Part shown: in pieces, positions 27,721 through 37,171 of the stretch
Layout of the letters: each line of letters opens with the position of its first letter
Position numbering within the stretch: the stretch's first letter is position 1
DNA from: Polyangiaceae bacterium
GTDB lineage: Bacteria; Myxococcota_A; Polyangia; Polyangiales; Polyangiaceae
DNA: 64,000 nt
Assembly (NCBI GenBank): GCA_965222375.1
Contig: CBDCTZ010000011.1
Location: 224,001-288,000, forward strand
Direction of reading: 5' to 3'
Translations under genes and position numbers: made by a program
The notes under the pieces: generated by a model
Told to the model about the DNA's origin: nothing
Database searches by the model: none
The model's input: the letters and a program-made list of their open reading frames with translations, nothing else

Positions 27721-30117
27721 ATGCTGGAGAGGCTCCAACGGCTATTGTCTCCGCGGCTCCGCGCGGTGCTCATCGCGGTACTGCTGTACCTCGCGGTCAG
27801 CGTCTTCTCGTCCGTGGCCAACGGCCACTACCCCATCAGTCAGTGGCTGGTGTGGCGCTACCTCGGCTACTGGGCTGGCGCGCTGACGATCAGCGTTGCA
27901 TGTCTGTCCGTCGGCCGCCGGGTGGTCGTGTGGCTACTGCCCGAGGCCCGTTTCCTGGAACGCGTGACCCTGAGCTTCGCGGTGGGCCTCCATCTTTTCG
28001 AGCTCGGAATGTTCATTCTGGGCCTACTGGGCCTCTACAACACGATCACCTTCGTCGCGTTCCCGATAGTGCTGATCGCGACGGGCGCTCGTCCGCTCTT
28101 TCTCGAGCTTCGCCGCTTCGTGCAGCTGGCAAGCAGGTTTGCCAAGCCACGCCCAGCGTGGACTTGGCTGTTGGTCGCCTTTGGCGCTCTGACGTTGGTG
28201 TTCATCTACGCCATCATCATGACGCCGGACAACGTGCAATACGATGCACGTTGGCGGCACTTGGCGATCGCGGAGGACTATGCCGCCAGCGGAGGCGTGC
28301 GCCGTTTTCCGGAAGGCTGGACGCCGGGAGCCGCTCCACATTTCACGAGCATCCTCTACACCTGGGCATTCTTGCTGCCCGTCGGTCGTTCTTTCGACTT
28401 CGTCGTGTTGTCTGCGCATCTGGAACTCGTGATCTTCTTGGTCACCACCTTCTTCGGAATCACTGCCGTGACCCGGCGCCTCGCTCCCAGCGCGGACCCC
28501 CGACTCGTCTGGGTGGCGCGCTTCTTGTTCCCTGGGGTGCTGCTCTACGACTCCAGTTTGTCGGCCGGAGCAGACCACGTTGGCGCTTCCTTCGGACCGC
28601 CCCTATTCTTGGCCCTACTCTGGTGCTTAGGGGAGCTCACTCCGCGGCGCTTGGCGTTGCTCGCGCTGCTGATGGCGGCCGTGGTGATGACCAAGGAAAC
28701 TTCCGCGGTCCTGCTTTCATCTGGGCCCATCCTCGCTGTTATCGCCGCGCTTGGCGTCGCCACTTGGCGCGGATTGCGGGGTCGAGGTTCCGCACGCCGG
28801 GCGTGGTTGGGCGTGCTGACCGCCGTCATTGTGGGGCTCGCGTTCACCTCGCCCCATTGGCTCAAGAACTGGATTTGGTACGGCGACCCTCTCTACCCGC
28901 TGCTAGCGGATGTGATGTCGCCTCGACCTTGGATCGAGGAAGGGGGCTACCTGTATCGACACGCGTTCATCAATCGCCAGCTGTGGCGTCCTCAAACCGA
29001 TGGATTGGACGCGGTCCTCGAGACACTCCAAGTGCTGTTCACCTTCTCGTTCCGGCCCCATGACTGGCCACCCCTCCACGGGGACGTGCCCGTATTCGGC
29101 TCCTTGTTCACTTTGCTCATCGTGACCCTGCCCTTGCTCAAGGGGGTACGGCGCATCTGGCTGCTCACGGCTTGGATCCTACTGGGCGTTGGGTGCTGGT
29201 TCTGGATCAACCATCAGGACCGCTATCTGCAAGCCTACGCGCCGTTGATGGCTGCCGTGGTTGCAGCGCTGTGCGTGCGGATCTGGCGCCTCGGGACCGT
29301 TCCGGCACGAGTCGGATTGGGGTTTGTCGTCGGTTTCCAGATCCTGTGGGGTGGCGACGTGGTCTTCCTGCAGACCCACCGCATGATCCACATGTCGCCC
29401 TTGCGGAAAACCATCGAACTGCTGGAAGCGGGGTATCACAAGAAGTACGACGAGCGCTTCGTATGGGCGGGTTCGGGCTTCGCAGCGCTTGGGAAGGCTG
29501 CGCCCAAGAAGTCGCTCATCGTAATGCATGAATTCGAGGAGCGCCTTGGGTTGGGCAGACCGATCATCACTGACGTTCCCGCCTATCAGTTTGCTCTGGA
29601 CTACTCCGCCCTCGGGACCGCCGATGCGGTTTGGCAGAGGATGAACCAGCTAGGCGCGACCCATGTGGTTTGGCGCCCGGGGCGAAGCATGGGCATCGAT
29701 TCCCTGACGGGAGATCTGGTGTTCTTCGAGTTCGTCCTGCATCACACGGACCTCGTGCTGGACAACGGCGATTCCCGCCTCGCGGCCCTGCGCGCCGAGC
29801 CACCAGGGTCCCCGATTGGAAGCGAGGTCCTGGTCATGTCCTGCAAGCCGCCCCTGGACACGGGGGTGTACACCCTGGAGTCTCTCAGCGTGCCCGTATA
29901 CGGCCCGCGCAAGAAATATTACCGGCCCCCCGAGCGCTACCTGAACACGCCGGAGCTCTTGGAAGAAGCTGCGAAAAAGGTGACCTACGCCGTCACTCAG
30001 GACGGCTGCGGCACGCTGCCCACCTCTCTCAAGTCGCGATTTCAAATCGCGGCTCGGCGCCCCCACGACCCCGACAATCTGGATTGGCAGCGCCTTTCTC
30101 TGTGGGTGCTGCGCTAG
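27721..30117 (+). CDS. Polytopic membrane protein, probable GT-C (ArnT/PMT-like) glycosyltransferase
   Basis: Many TM helices; YDARWRHLAIA loop, TKET, PHWLKNWIWYGDPLYP, QDRYL; soluble C-terminal domain. Confidence 0.65.
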   Translation: MLERLQRLLSPRLRAVLIAVLLYLAVSVFSSVANGHYPISQWLVWRYLGYWAGALTISVACLSVGRRVVVWLLPEARFLERVTLSFAVGLHLFELGMFILGLLGLYNTITFVAFPIVLIATGARPLFLELRRFVQLASRFAKPRPAWTWLLVAFGALTLVFIYAIIMTPDNVQYDARWRHLAIAEDYAASGGVRRFPEGWTPGAAPHFTSILYTWAFLLPVGRSFDFVVLSAHLELVIFLVTTFFGITAVTRRLAPSADPRLVWVARFLFPGVLLYDSSLSAGADHVGASFGPPLFLALLWCLGELTPRRLALLALLMAAVVMTKETSAVLLSSGPILAVIAALGVATWRGLRGRGSARRAWLGVLTAVIVGLAFTSPHWLKNWIWYGDPLYPLLADVMSPRPWIEEGGYLYRHAFINRQLWRPQTDGLDAVLETLQVLFTFSFRPHDWPPLHGDVPVFGSLFTLLIVTLPLLKGVRRIWLLTAWILLGVGCWFWINHQDRYLQAYAPLMAAVVAALCVRIWRLGTVPARVGLGFVVGFQILWGGDVVFLQTHRMIHMSPLRKTIELLEAGYHKKYDERFVWAGSGFAALGKAAPKKSLIVMHEFEERLGLGRPIITDVPAYQFALDYSALGTADAVWQRMNQLGATHVVWRPGRSMGIDSLTGDLVFFEFVLHHTDLVLDNGDSRLAALRAEPPGSPIGSEVLVMSCKPPLDTGVYTLESLSVPVYGPRKKYYRPPERYLNTPELLEEAAKKVTYAVTQDGCGTLPTSLKSRFQIAARRPHDPDNLDWQRLSLWVLR

Positions 30118-30226
30118 GGCGGCCTGAGTCCAGAATCCGCGACGAGCTCGGAGGTTGGTTTTTTGGGGGATGTGGCGGCGCAGGCCGTCATCGATGGTTC
30201 TTCGAGGTTCGGCGCGGTCCTCTCGA

Positions 30227-30865
30227 TCACTCTTTCAGGACTTGGAAGGTCGCGATCTGCTTGGTCGAACCGGTTGTGACGCGGTGCGGTGTCTTGTAAG
30301 TGTACTTCGCCGTCAATACTTTGGTTGCGGTCGGGACGCGGAAGCCGATCCAACCCTTGGCCTTGTCTCCCTTAGCCAGGCGCACGCTCTTGAGCAACGG
30401 CTTGCAGTCGGTCTTGTAGGTGGACTTGCGCTGGTAAGTGATGCCTTCGGCGTCGTAGCCTTTCCAGGTCGACTCGTAGGCACGTACCTCTTTTTCGGCG
30501 TAGTCGCCTTCGTAGTAGATCAGTATGCCCACCATTTTTTCGCCGTTGTCTTCCATGCTCTTCTGAGAGTTCTCACGCTCATAGGTGCATTCCTTGACTT
30601 CGGCGATCTTGACTTTCAGGCCGTCCATTTGGACGTCCTTGCCAATCAAGTACACGCCGGGAAGAACGATTTCGCTGGGTAGCTCACCGTCCGTCGTCGC
30701 GGGCTGGGGCGCGCCAGGGCTGGGTTTGGCGGTGGGTTTGACTGTCTCTGGCGTTGCTCCGGCTTTGGGCTTCTTGTCGTCACCTCCGGTGAACTTCTTG
30801 CAGGCGAGCAGGCAAACGAAGAGCCCGACGGCTGCCAAAGCCGGTGTACGTGCGGAGAGATTCAT
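30227..30865 (-). CDS. Lipoprotein with DUF4352-like Ig-fold domain
   Basis: Lipobox LLA-C; Pro-rich linker; YDAEGITY and LAKGDKAKGWIGFRVP motifs. Confidence 0.7.
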   Translation of the reverse strand: MNLSARTPALAAVGLFVCLLACKKFTGGDDKKPKAGATPETVKPTAKPSPGAPQPATTDGELPSEIVLPGVYLIGKDVQMDGLKVKIAEVKECTYERENSQKSMEDNGEKMVGILIYYEGDYAEKEVRAYESTWKGYDAEGITYQRKSTYKTDCKPLLKSVRLAKGDKAKGWIGFRVPTATKVLTAKYTYKTPHRVTTGSTKQIATFQVLKE

Positions 30866-30966
30866 CAGAGTCCGATTCCTTTGCAAAAAAGCCGCGCTCG
30901 AACCCCGACCCTACAGTCAATTTTCGAGCGCTGTCGAGGGCGACACTCCGATGTTACCCTTGCAGC

Positions 30967-31509
30967 ATGCCGACGAACCCGCTCTGGCTCGAGCACACCG
31001 AGAGAGCTGCTTGGGATACGGTGAAGACCCTGCGGGAGGAAATCGTTACCGAGCGCAAGCGCCTCGAGAGGCTCACTTCTCTCCAGCCGAATTTGCCCAA
31101 GCTCTCCGCGCGCCTGGAGCAAGCGGCGACGGAGCATTCGCTCACTGCGGAGGACGACGTTGGCCGGATCGATCAGCTTTGCGAAAAACTCGTGGCCGCC
31201 GCCGCCGAGAGTGATCGCCCGGGCCGGGAGGCTGCCGAAAAGGAGCCACCTCCCGTCCAAGCACCCCCGGAAGACCGGCGGCGCTGGACGCCGTCCGTCC
31301 GCTGGTTCGCGAACTTGATCGAGCGTCGACGGGACGGTCGCAGTGAAGCCGTGGATCCTTCGCGCCGAGCTCGTATCGTCAACGCCCTCGAACTACGAGT
31401 GGAGGAACTCGCCACGGCGAGGAAGCGAGAGCTGCTAGAGCTGTGCGTTGAGGTTGGTTGCCTTGCCCTCGATCTCGCACGCATCGCCCGCCGCTCTAGC
31501 TCCGAATAG
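30967..31509 (+). CDS. Hypothetical helical protein
   Basis: ATG 30967 in an open frame; amphipathic helical composition; fills the gap. Confidence 0.55.
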   Translation: MPTNPLWLEHTERAAWDTVKTLREEIVTERKRLERLTSLQPNLPKLSARLEQAATEHSLTAEDDVGRIDQLCEKLVAAAAESDRPGREAAEKEPPPVQAPPEDRRRWTPSVRWFANLIERRRDGRSEAVDPSRRARIVNALELRVEELATARKRELLELCVEVGCLALDLARIARRSSSE

Positions 31510-31550
31510 ACGGTCCTGACCCCAGTTGGTGCGCTCAAGAGGGTGGATAC

Positions 31551-31746
31551 GAAGGGGAGGAAGGAAAGAGGAAGAGGGATGGGTTCGCGTCAGTTCGCGG
31601 CGGCGGGCCGCGTGTCTCGCGTTGGGCCGCGCATGGCGGATTGAGCAGATCTAGTAGCGCTCGATTGAGTCAGGTGCGGCTACAAGGAGCCACAGATCCG
31701 AACAGACCCAAAACCCTCTTCCTTCCCACCTTCCTGTTTTCTCTCT
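31551..31746. repeat. Polypurine/polypyrimidine imperfect inverted repeat enclosing a degenerate dispersed-motif copy
   Basis: AGGAAGAGGG 31569-31578 vs CCCTCTTCCT 31714-31723; AGGAAGG 31558-31564 vs CCTTCCT 31729-31735; TGGGT vs ACCCA. Confidence 0.7.
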
Positions 31747-31791
31747 GCATCGCACCAGAGCGCCGAATTGCTCTGAACAAAGAGTGGGCGC

Positions 31792-32262
31792 CTAGCGCTT
31801 GCGTTGGCTGAGGCGGTGTTGTTGGCGTTGCTTGGCTTCGGTGTGGCGGCGTCGCTCTTCGTCGGTTTCGAGCAACAAGGGAGGCACTTGCACGGGTTTG
31901 CCATCGTCGTCGATGGCGACGTACACGAGGTACGCTGAGTTGGTGTGGGTCGTCGTGCCGGTGATCGGGTTTTCCGCGGTGACCTTGACGCCGACTTCCA
32001 AGGAGCTCTTGCCGACGAAGTTCACGCTCGCCACGCAGCACAACACATCGCCAATGCTCACCTTGCTCATGAAGGTCATCGAATCCATGGCCACGGTCAC
32101 GCAAGGTCGCTGTGCGTGGCGCATGGCGGCGATGCCACCGGCCTCGTCCACCATCTTCATGATCTCGCCACCGTGCACGTTGCCGTGGGCGTTGGCGTGT
32201 TCTGGCAGCATCAGTTGGTGAAGCTGCACTCGGCATTGAGATGGCGTTTTCGCTGCGGTCAT
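31792..32262 (-). CDS. Acyl-CoA thioesterase (YciA-like hotdog)
   Basis: MLPEHANAHGNVHGGEIMKMVDEAG, VTVAMD, VGKSSLEVGVKV, YLVYVAID. Confidence 0.92.
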   Translation of the reverse strand: MTAAKTPSQCRVQLHQLMLPEHANAHGNVHGGEIMKMVDEAGGIAAMRHAQRPCVTVAMDSMTFMSKVSIGDVLCCVASVNFVGKSSLEVGVKVTAENPITGTTTHTNSAYLVYVAIDDDGKPVQVPPLLLETDEERRRHTEAKQRQQHRLSQRKR

Positions 32263-32429
32263 GTTGCTCTGGAGGCTAACTCGAAACTACGAGTCTAGGC
32301 TGCCGCGCAAAACCCGCGCATGCGGCGCGAGGGCCGACGAGGCCTAGGTCGCTTGGTCTTTTCAGCGCCATTCGCCAAAAGTGCCGCGACTGGCGCGGTC
32401 ATGTACAATCCGCGCAAAGTCAGCCCCAG

Positions 32430-34106
32430 ATGGACCTGCTCTACTTCGTCATCTTGGTGAGCTCCCTCATCTTCGTACATGAGTTGGGCCACTTTGCCGT
32501 CGCCAAAGCCTTTGGCGTGAAGGTGATCACCTTCAGTCTCGGGTTTGGACCGAAGGTGCTTCGGCTGCGGGGGAGAGAGACCGAGTACTGCATCAGCCTG
32601 TTGCCTCTCGGTGGCTACGTGAAGATGTTGGAGGCTTCGAAAACCGACATCGTCTTGCCGGAAGATCGCCATCGGACTTTCGAGTCTCTGCCAGTGTACA
32701 AGCGCATCTTGGTCGTGCTTGCAGGGCCGCTGATGAATCTCGTATTCCCGGTGCTGCTGTACTTTTCCGTGTTCATGACGGATGGACCGTTTCTGCCGCC
32801 CACGGTGGGAGTGGTGCTGCCGAACCATCCGGCAGATGGTCAGCTGTTCCCCGGGGACCGGATCATGGCGGTCAACGGCAAGGAAGTCGGTACCTTCGAC
32901 GAACTCAAGCGCATCGTTGCCAAGAGCCCAGGCAAACCGGTGCGCTTCAAGGTGTTTCGTGACAACAAGCACCTAGAGGTCGAAGTCACTGCCGAAGAAA
33001 CCGTCGAGCGGCGGGAGCTCGACGTCGTCGAGCGGGTGGGCACCGTCGGCATTCAGCCCAGCGCGCCCGCGGCCGTCATCGGCATTGCGGACACGGATTC
33101 TCCGGCCTACCGCGCTGGGCTTCGCACCTTCGATGTGATCACCCATGTCGCGGGCCAGCCTGTCCGTCGATACATGGATTTGGCACAATCCCTGCGGGAA
33201 AACCGCGGGGAAACCGTGCCCGTAACCTACCTTCGCCCAGACATCATGTCCGACGCCTTGGGTGGGCTGGCAGACTTTGGTGTGTATCAAACCGGCGTGG
33301 TCGCGTTGACCCCGGACCCGCGAGGCACGGACTTCACTTCCCGCACCGGCATAGAGCTGGCGGACCTGTATGCCGCTATCGTGCCCGAGGACAGCTATCT
33401 GTACAAAGCGGGTTTGCGCCCGGGCGACAAGTTGTTGCGCTTGGATGACGAAGCCATCCCGGCTTGGTCGACGTTTCGCGAGAAGGTGCTGTCTGCTCCG
33501 GATCGCCCACACCGAATCGACTACTTCGCGGCTCGGGACGGACGAGTTCGCTCCGGTACTTTTCAGATGCGGCGTGAGGACATTCGGGACGAACATGGTC
33601 AGACTTTCGCCAAGTACGTCTTGCGGGTGCAGCATTGGATCCCGCTCGCACCCGAGGACCGCGTCGAGCACCCGACGCCGTTGCGCTACGCTCTCGCCAA
33701 AGCGGTGGAGGAGACCAAGGATGTCACCCGTTTCGTCCTGTTGAGCATGGTGCGACTGGCGCAAGGGCGCATCAGTCTGAAGTCTCTCTCGGGGCCCATC
33801 ACCATCTACGAGGTGGCTGGTGACGAGGGGCGTAAGGGGCCGGACTACTTCGTCTGGGTGATGGCGCTCATCAGCATCAACCTGGGGCTCTTGAACCTGC
33901 TGCCCATTCCCGTGCTGGATGGTGGACACTTGATGTTCTTCCTCTTGGAAGGTGTGATGCGGCGGCCGCTCCCGCTGCGGGTGCGGGAGGTCGCTCACAT
34001 CGTTGGCATGGCTATTTTGCTCGGCTTGATGGCGCTTGCCTTCAAGAATGACGTCGAGCGGCGCTGGGACGTGATCGTGGGTCAGTTCAAAGAGCTCATT
34101 GGGTGA
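32430..34106 (+). CDS. rseP: RIP metalloprotease RseP (M50, with PDZ domains)
   Basis: HELGH, FSLGFGP, PLGGYVKM, AGPLMN, several PDZ motifs, NLLPIPVLDGGH. Confidence 0.95.
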   Translation: MDLLYFVILVSSLIFVHELGHFAVAKAFGVKVITFSLGFGPKVLRLRGRETEYCISLLPLGGYVKMLEASKTDIVLPEDRHRTFESLPVYKRILVVLAGPLMNLVFPVLLYFSVFMTDGPFLPPTVGVVLPNHPADGQLFPGDRIMAVNGKEVGTFDELKRIVAKSPGKPVRFKVFRDNKHLEVEVTAEETVERRELDVVERVGTVGIQPSAPAAVIGIADTDSPAYRAGLRTFDVITHVAGQPVRRYMDLAQSLRENRGETVPVTYLRPDIMSDALGGLADFGVYQTGVVALTPDPRGTDFTSRTGIELADLYAAIVPEDSYLYKAGLRPGDKLLRLDDEAIPAWSTFREKVLSAPDRPHRIDYFAARDGRVRSGTFQMRREDIRDEHGQTFAKYVLRVQHWIPLAPEDRVEHPTPLRYALAKAVEETKDVTRFVLLSMVRLAQGRISLKSLSGPITIYEVAGDEGRKGPDYFVWVMALISINLGLLNLLPIPVLDGGHLMFFLLEGVMRRPLPLRVREVAHIVGMAILLGLMALAFKNDVERRWDVIVGQFKELIG

Positions 34107-35413
34107 AGCCGCAGCGCAAATCGGGGCGAGCACCCACGGCTCGCAGGGTGGCCGCGACGGTGCTGCTCCGCGTGGAGAAGGATTCCGCGTACGCCGCGGC
34201 TGCGTTGGATGCCGAGCTTTTACGGGCAGCACAACTCGGGCCCCGGGATCGCGGGCTGTGCACCGAGATCGTGTACGGCGTGCTGCGGACCCGTGGCGCC
34301 CTCGAGGCTGAACTCGAAAAGTTCGTCAGCACCGGGCTGAAGCATACCGATCCTTCGACGCGGATTCATCTGCTGGTCGGCGCTTATCAGATCCTCTTTC
34401 TCGACCGTGTGCCGACTCACGCGGCGGTAGACGCCGCGGTCACCGAGGTGCGGGGGCATCGCGGGCCGAAAGTGGCCGGCTTCGTCAACGCCGTGCTCCG
34501 CAAACTGGGCTCCGCGGAAACAAAATTGCGTTTGGGGGAAGCAATTGTCGCCGCAGCTCCATCTTGGCTGTGGCAGCGCTTGGTCGATGCCGTCGGCAAG
34601 GGCGAAGCGGCGGCTCTACTCGGCGTCGCGGGCAGTCCGCCTACAGCCAGTCTGCGCCTTCTGCGCGGCCGACCCGTGCCGGAGTGGATCGCAGAGCTTG
34701 CCGCAAGCCCACTGAGTGGACATGCGCGGCGAGTGCAGGGCGCCGGGGATTTGCGTGCCAAGAGTGGCTACGACGAAGGTGCCTACGTGATCCAAGAGGA
34801 GGGCGCGCAGATCGTGGGCCTCAGCCTGGGCGCCCAGCCCGGTGACCGAGTGCTCGATGCCTGTGCGGGGCGGGGGCAAAAGACCAGTCTGCTAGCTGAG
34901 CAAGTGGGGCCGGAGGGGGAGCTGTGGGCCGCGGATTTGCACCCTCACAAGCTGCGAGCTTTGTCGGAGGAGTTTTCGCGCCTGGGGCTGACCCAGCCCA
35001 AGGCTGTTGCCGTGGACTGGACCCGCGGTAGCGGGCGCGTGCCCGAGGACTACTTCGACCGCGTGCTCGTCGATGCGCCGTGCACGGGCACGGGAACCCT
35101 GCGCCGGCGGCCCGAGATCGCATCCCGGCTGAGCCCCGTGGACCCTGCGCGACTTGCGGAGCTGGCGGAGCAGATCCTGCGTCGCGCTGCTACCCGAGCG
35201 AAGCCAGGCGGGAGGGTCGTGTTCGCGGTTTGCAGTGTCTTGCCCGAAGAAGGTCAGCAAATGTCGGCGCGCGTGGATGACATTCTGCGGCCAGAGCCCT
35301 TCGACTCTGCGGACGCGCAAAGCGTTGCCGGGAGTGACGCGTCGGCCATGCATCTTCTTCCCGAGCGCCACGGCACCGAAGGCTACTTCATAGCTAGCTT
35401 TCGCAGGCGTTGA
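34103..35413 (+). CDS. rsmB: 16S rRNA m5C967 methyltransferase RsmB/Sun (NusB-like N-domain)
   Basis: EIVYGVLR, GAYQILFLDRVP, FVNAVLR, VLDACAGRGQKT, VLVDAPCTGTGTLRRRPE; GTG overlaps the rseP stop. Confidence 0.9.
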   Translation: MKPQRKSGRAPTARRVAATVLLRVEKDSAYAAAALDAELLRAAQLGPRDRGLCTEIVYGVLRTRGALEAELEKFVSTGLKHTDPSTRIHLLVGAYQILFLDRVPTHAAVDAAVTEVRGHRGPKVAGFVNAVLRKLGSAETKLRLGEAIVAAAPSWLWQRLVDAVGKGEAAALLGVAGSPPTASLRLLRGRPVPEWIAELAASPLSGHARRVQGAGDLRAKSGYDEGAYVIQEEGAQIVGLSLGAQPGDRVLDACAGRGQKTSLLAEQVGPEGELWAADLHPHKLRALSEEFSRLGLTQPKAVAVDWTRGSGRVPEDYFDRVLVDAPCTGTGTLRRRPEIASRLSPVDPARLAELAEQILRRAATRAKPGGRVVFAVCSVLPEEGQQMSARVDDILRPEPFDSADAQSVAGSDASAMHLLPERHGTEGYFIASFRRR

Positions 35414-35495
35414 GCCAACGGTTGTGCGACGAGCCGATCCTCGGCGGGGGCGGGCATGTCTTGCGTTTCCTGCAAAAGCAGCAAATAGTCGACGC

Positions 35496-36389
35496 ATGGC
35501 ACAACTGCAGCTGCGCGGAGCAATGACCGCGGTCGTGACGCCCTTCAAAGACGACGTCACCCAAGTGGATTGGGAGGCATTTGAGAAGCTGATTGCGGCT
35601 CAGCTGGACGGCAAGATCAACGGACTGGTGCCCTGCGGCACCACCGGGGAAACACCGACCCTGAGCGATGCAGAACAGCGCGAAGTGATTCAGCGCACCG
35701 CCAAGCTCGCGAAGGGCAAGGTGCCGATCGTCGCGGGCACGGGCAGCAACGATACCAAGAAGAGCATCACGGCATCCAAGGCGGCCCTCGAAGCCGGCGC
35801 TGACGCTGTGATGATCGTGATGCCGTACTACAACAAGCCTTCTCAGGAGGGCATGTATCAGCATGTCACGCAGATCGCGTCGGCGGTCGGCTGCCCGATC
35901 ATTCTGTACAACATTCCGGGTCGCAGTGGTGTCGAGCTCTCTGCGGACACGACCCTGCGCATTCTCGATGCAGCTGACAACGTCATCTCCGTGAAGGACG
36001 CCACCGGCAACGTCGCCTACTGCCAGGAAGTCCTTCGTCGCGCCGGGGATCGCATTCAGCTCATGAGCGGCGACGACCCGATGACGCTGCCGATGCTATC
36101 GGTGGGGGTGAAGGGCATCATCAGCGTCACAGGTAACATCTACCCCCGGCAGGTCACGGAGGTCGTCGAACTCGTCGAGGCAGGGCGTTGGGAAGACGCG
36201 CGAAAGAAGCACCTGGCGCTATATCCGGTGCACAAGGTGTTGTTCGTCGAGCCCAACCCGCAGCCGACCAAAGCGGCGCTTGCCGCTCGCGGCGTGATGC
36301 GTCCGGGCGTCCGGCTGCCTTTGGTCGAGGCTAGCGCTGCCACCAAAGAGTTGGTGATGAAGGTCATCGCAGAGTACGAGGCTTCGTGA
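35496..36389 (+). CDS. dapA: 4-hydroxy-tetrahydrodipicolinate synthase
   Basis: TAVVTPF, PCGTTGE, GTGSN, PYYNKPSQEG, LYNIPGR, VKDATG, EPNPQP. Confidence 0.97.
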   Translation: MAQLQLRGAMTAVVTPFKDDVTQVDWEAFEKLIAAQLDGKINGLVPCGTTGETPTLSDAEQREVIQRTAKLAKGKVPIVAGTGSNDTKKSITASKAALEAGADAVMIVMPYYNKPSQEGMYQHVTQIASAVGCPIILYNIPGRSGVELSADTTLRILDAADNVISVKDATGNVAYCQEVLRRAGDRIQLMSGDDPMTLPMLSVGVKGIISVTGNIYPRQVTEVVELVEAGRWEDARKKHLALYPVHKVLFVEPNPQPTKAALAARGVMRPGVRLPLVEASAATKELVMKVIAEYEAS

Positions 36390-37171
36390 GGTTCGCCCTG
36401 CACGGCGCTACGGGGCGCATGGGGCTGGCGGTGACGCGCCTGGTCCATGCGGCCGAGGACATCGAGATTGTCGGAGCCGTCTGCTCCAGTGTGGATCCCA
36501 ATCAGGGTCAGGACATCGGAGAGCTAGCGGGCATTGGGACGCTCGGCGTGGAAGCCACGGCAGATCTCGGCGCGGGCCTCTTGGGTGCCGATGTCGTGAT
36601 CGATTTTTCCACCGCGTCAGCGGTGCCTGGACTCATGGCCGTGGCGGCTCGCAACAAGGTCGCGGTCGTCAGCGGCACGACCAATCTGGACGCCGCGGGC
36701 AAGCAGGCCTTGGACAAGGCGGCGGAAGCCGTGCCGGTATTGTGGGCACCCAATACGAGTTTGGGCGTTCAAGTTCTGGCTGAGGTGGTGGAGCATGCCC
36801 TGAAGCGCCTCGGAGCCGACTACGACGTCGAAATCGTCGAGATCCATCATCGCCGCAAAGTGGACGCGCCCAGTGGCACGGCGAAGCGGCTCGCCGATGC
36901 AGCCCGATCCGTCCGCGCACAATTGCAGGATGTTTCCGGTCGGGAAGGTGAGGTTGGCGCGCGTACCCAGGACGAAATGGGCGTGTTTGGCGTTCGTGGG
37001 GGCGATGTAGTTGGCGACCATACTGTGTATCTGTTGGGGCCCGCGGAGCGCATCGAGCTGACGCACCGGGCTTCTAGCCGGGAGTTGTTTGCCCACGGAG
37101 CCGTACGCGCAGCACGATTCCTTGTCGGTCAAAAACCAAGGCGCTACTCTATTGCTGACGTACTCGGGTGA
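36386..37171 (+). CDS. dapB: 4-hydroxy-tetrahydrodipicolinate reductase
   Basis: GATGRMG, VIDFS, EIHHRRKVDAPSGTA, RGGDVVGDH, ELTHRA; overlaps the dapA stop. Confidence 0.97.
   Translation: MRFALHGATGRMGLAVTRLVHAAEDIEIVGAVCSSVDPNQGQDIGELAGIGTLGVEATADLGAGLLGADVVIDFSTASAVPGLMAVAARNKVAVVSGTTNLDAAGKQALDKAAEAVPVLWAPNTSLGVQVLAEVVEHALKRLGADYDVEIVEIHHRRKVDAPSGTAKRLADAARSVRAQLQDVSGREGEVGARTQDEMGVFGVRGGDVVGDHTVYLLGPAERIELTHRASSRELFAHGAVRAARFLVGQKPRRYSIADVLG

Noticed and set aside
27654..29063. Long alternative-frame ORFs (this 469-aa one, also 32973-34232, 17959-19023, 50847-51947)
   Set aside because: Shadow ORFs typical of high-GC DNA, overlapping motif-supported genes.
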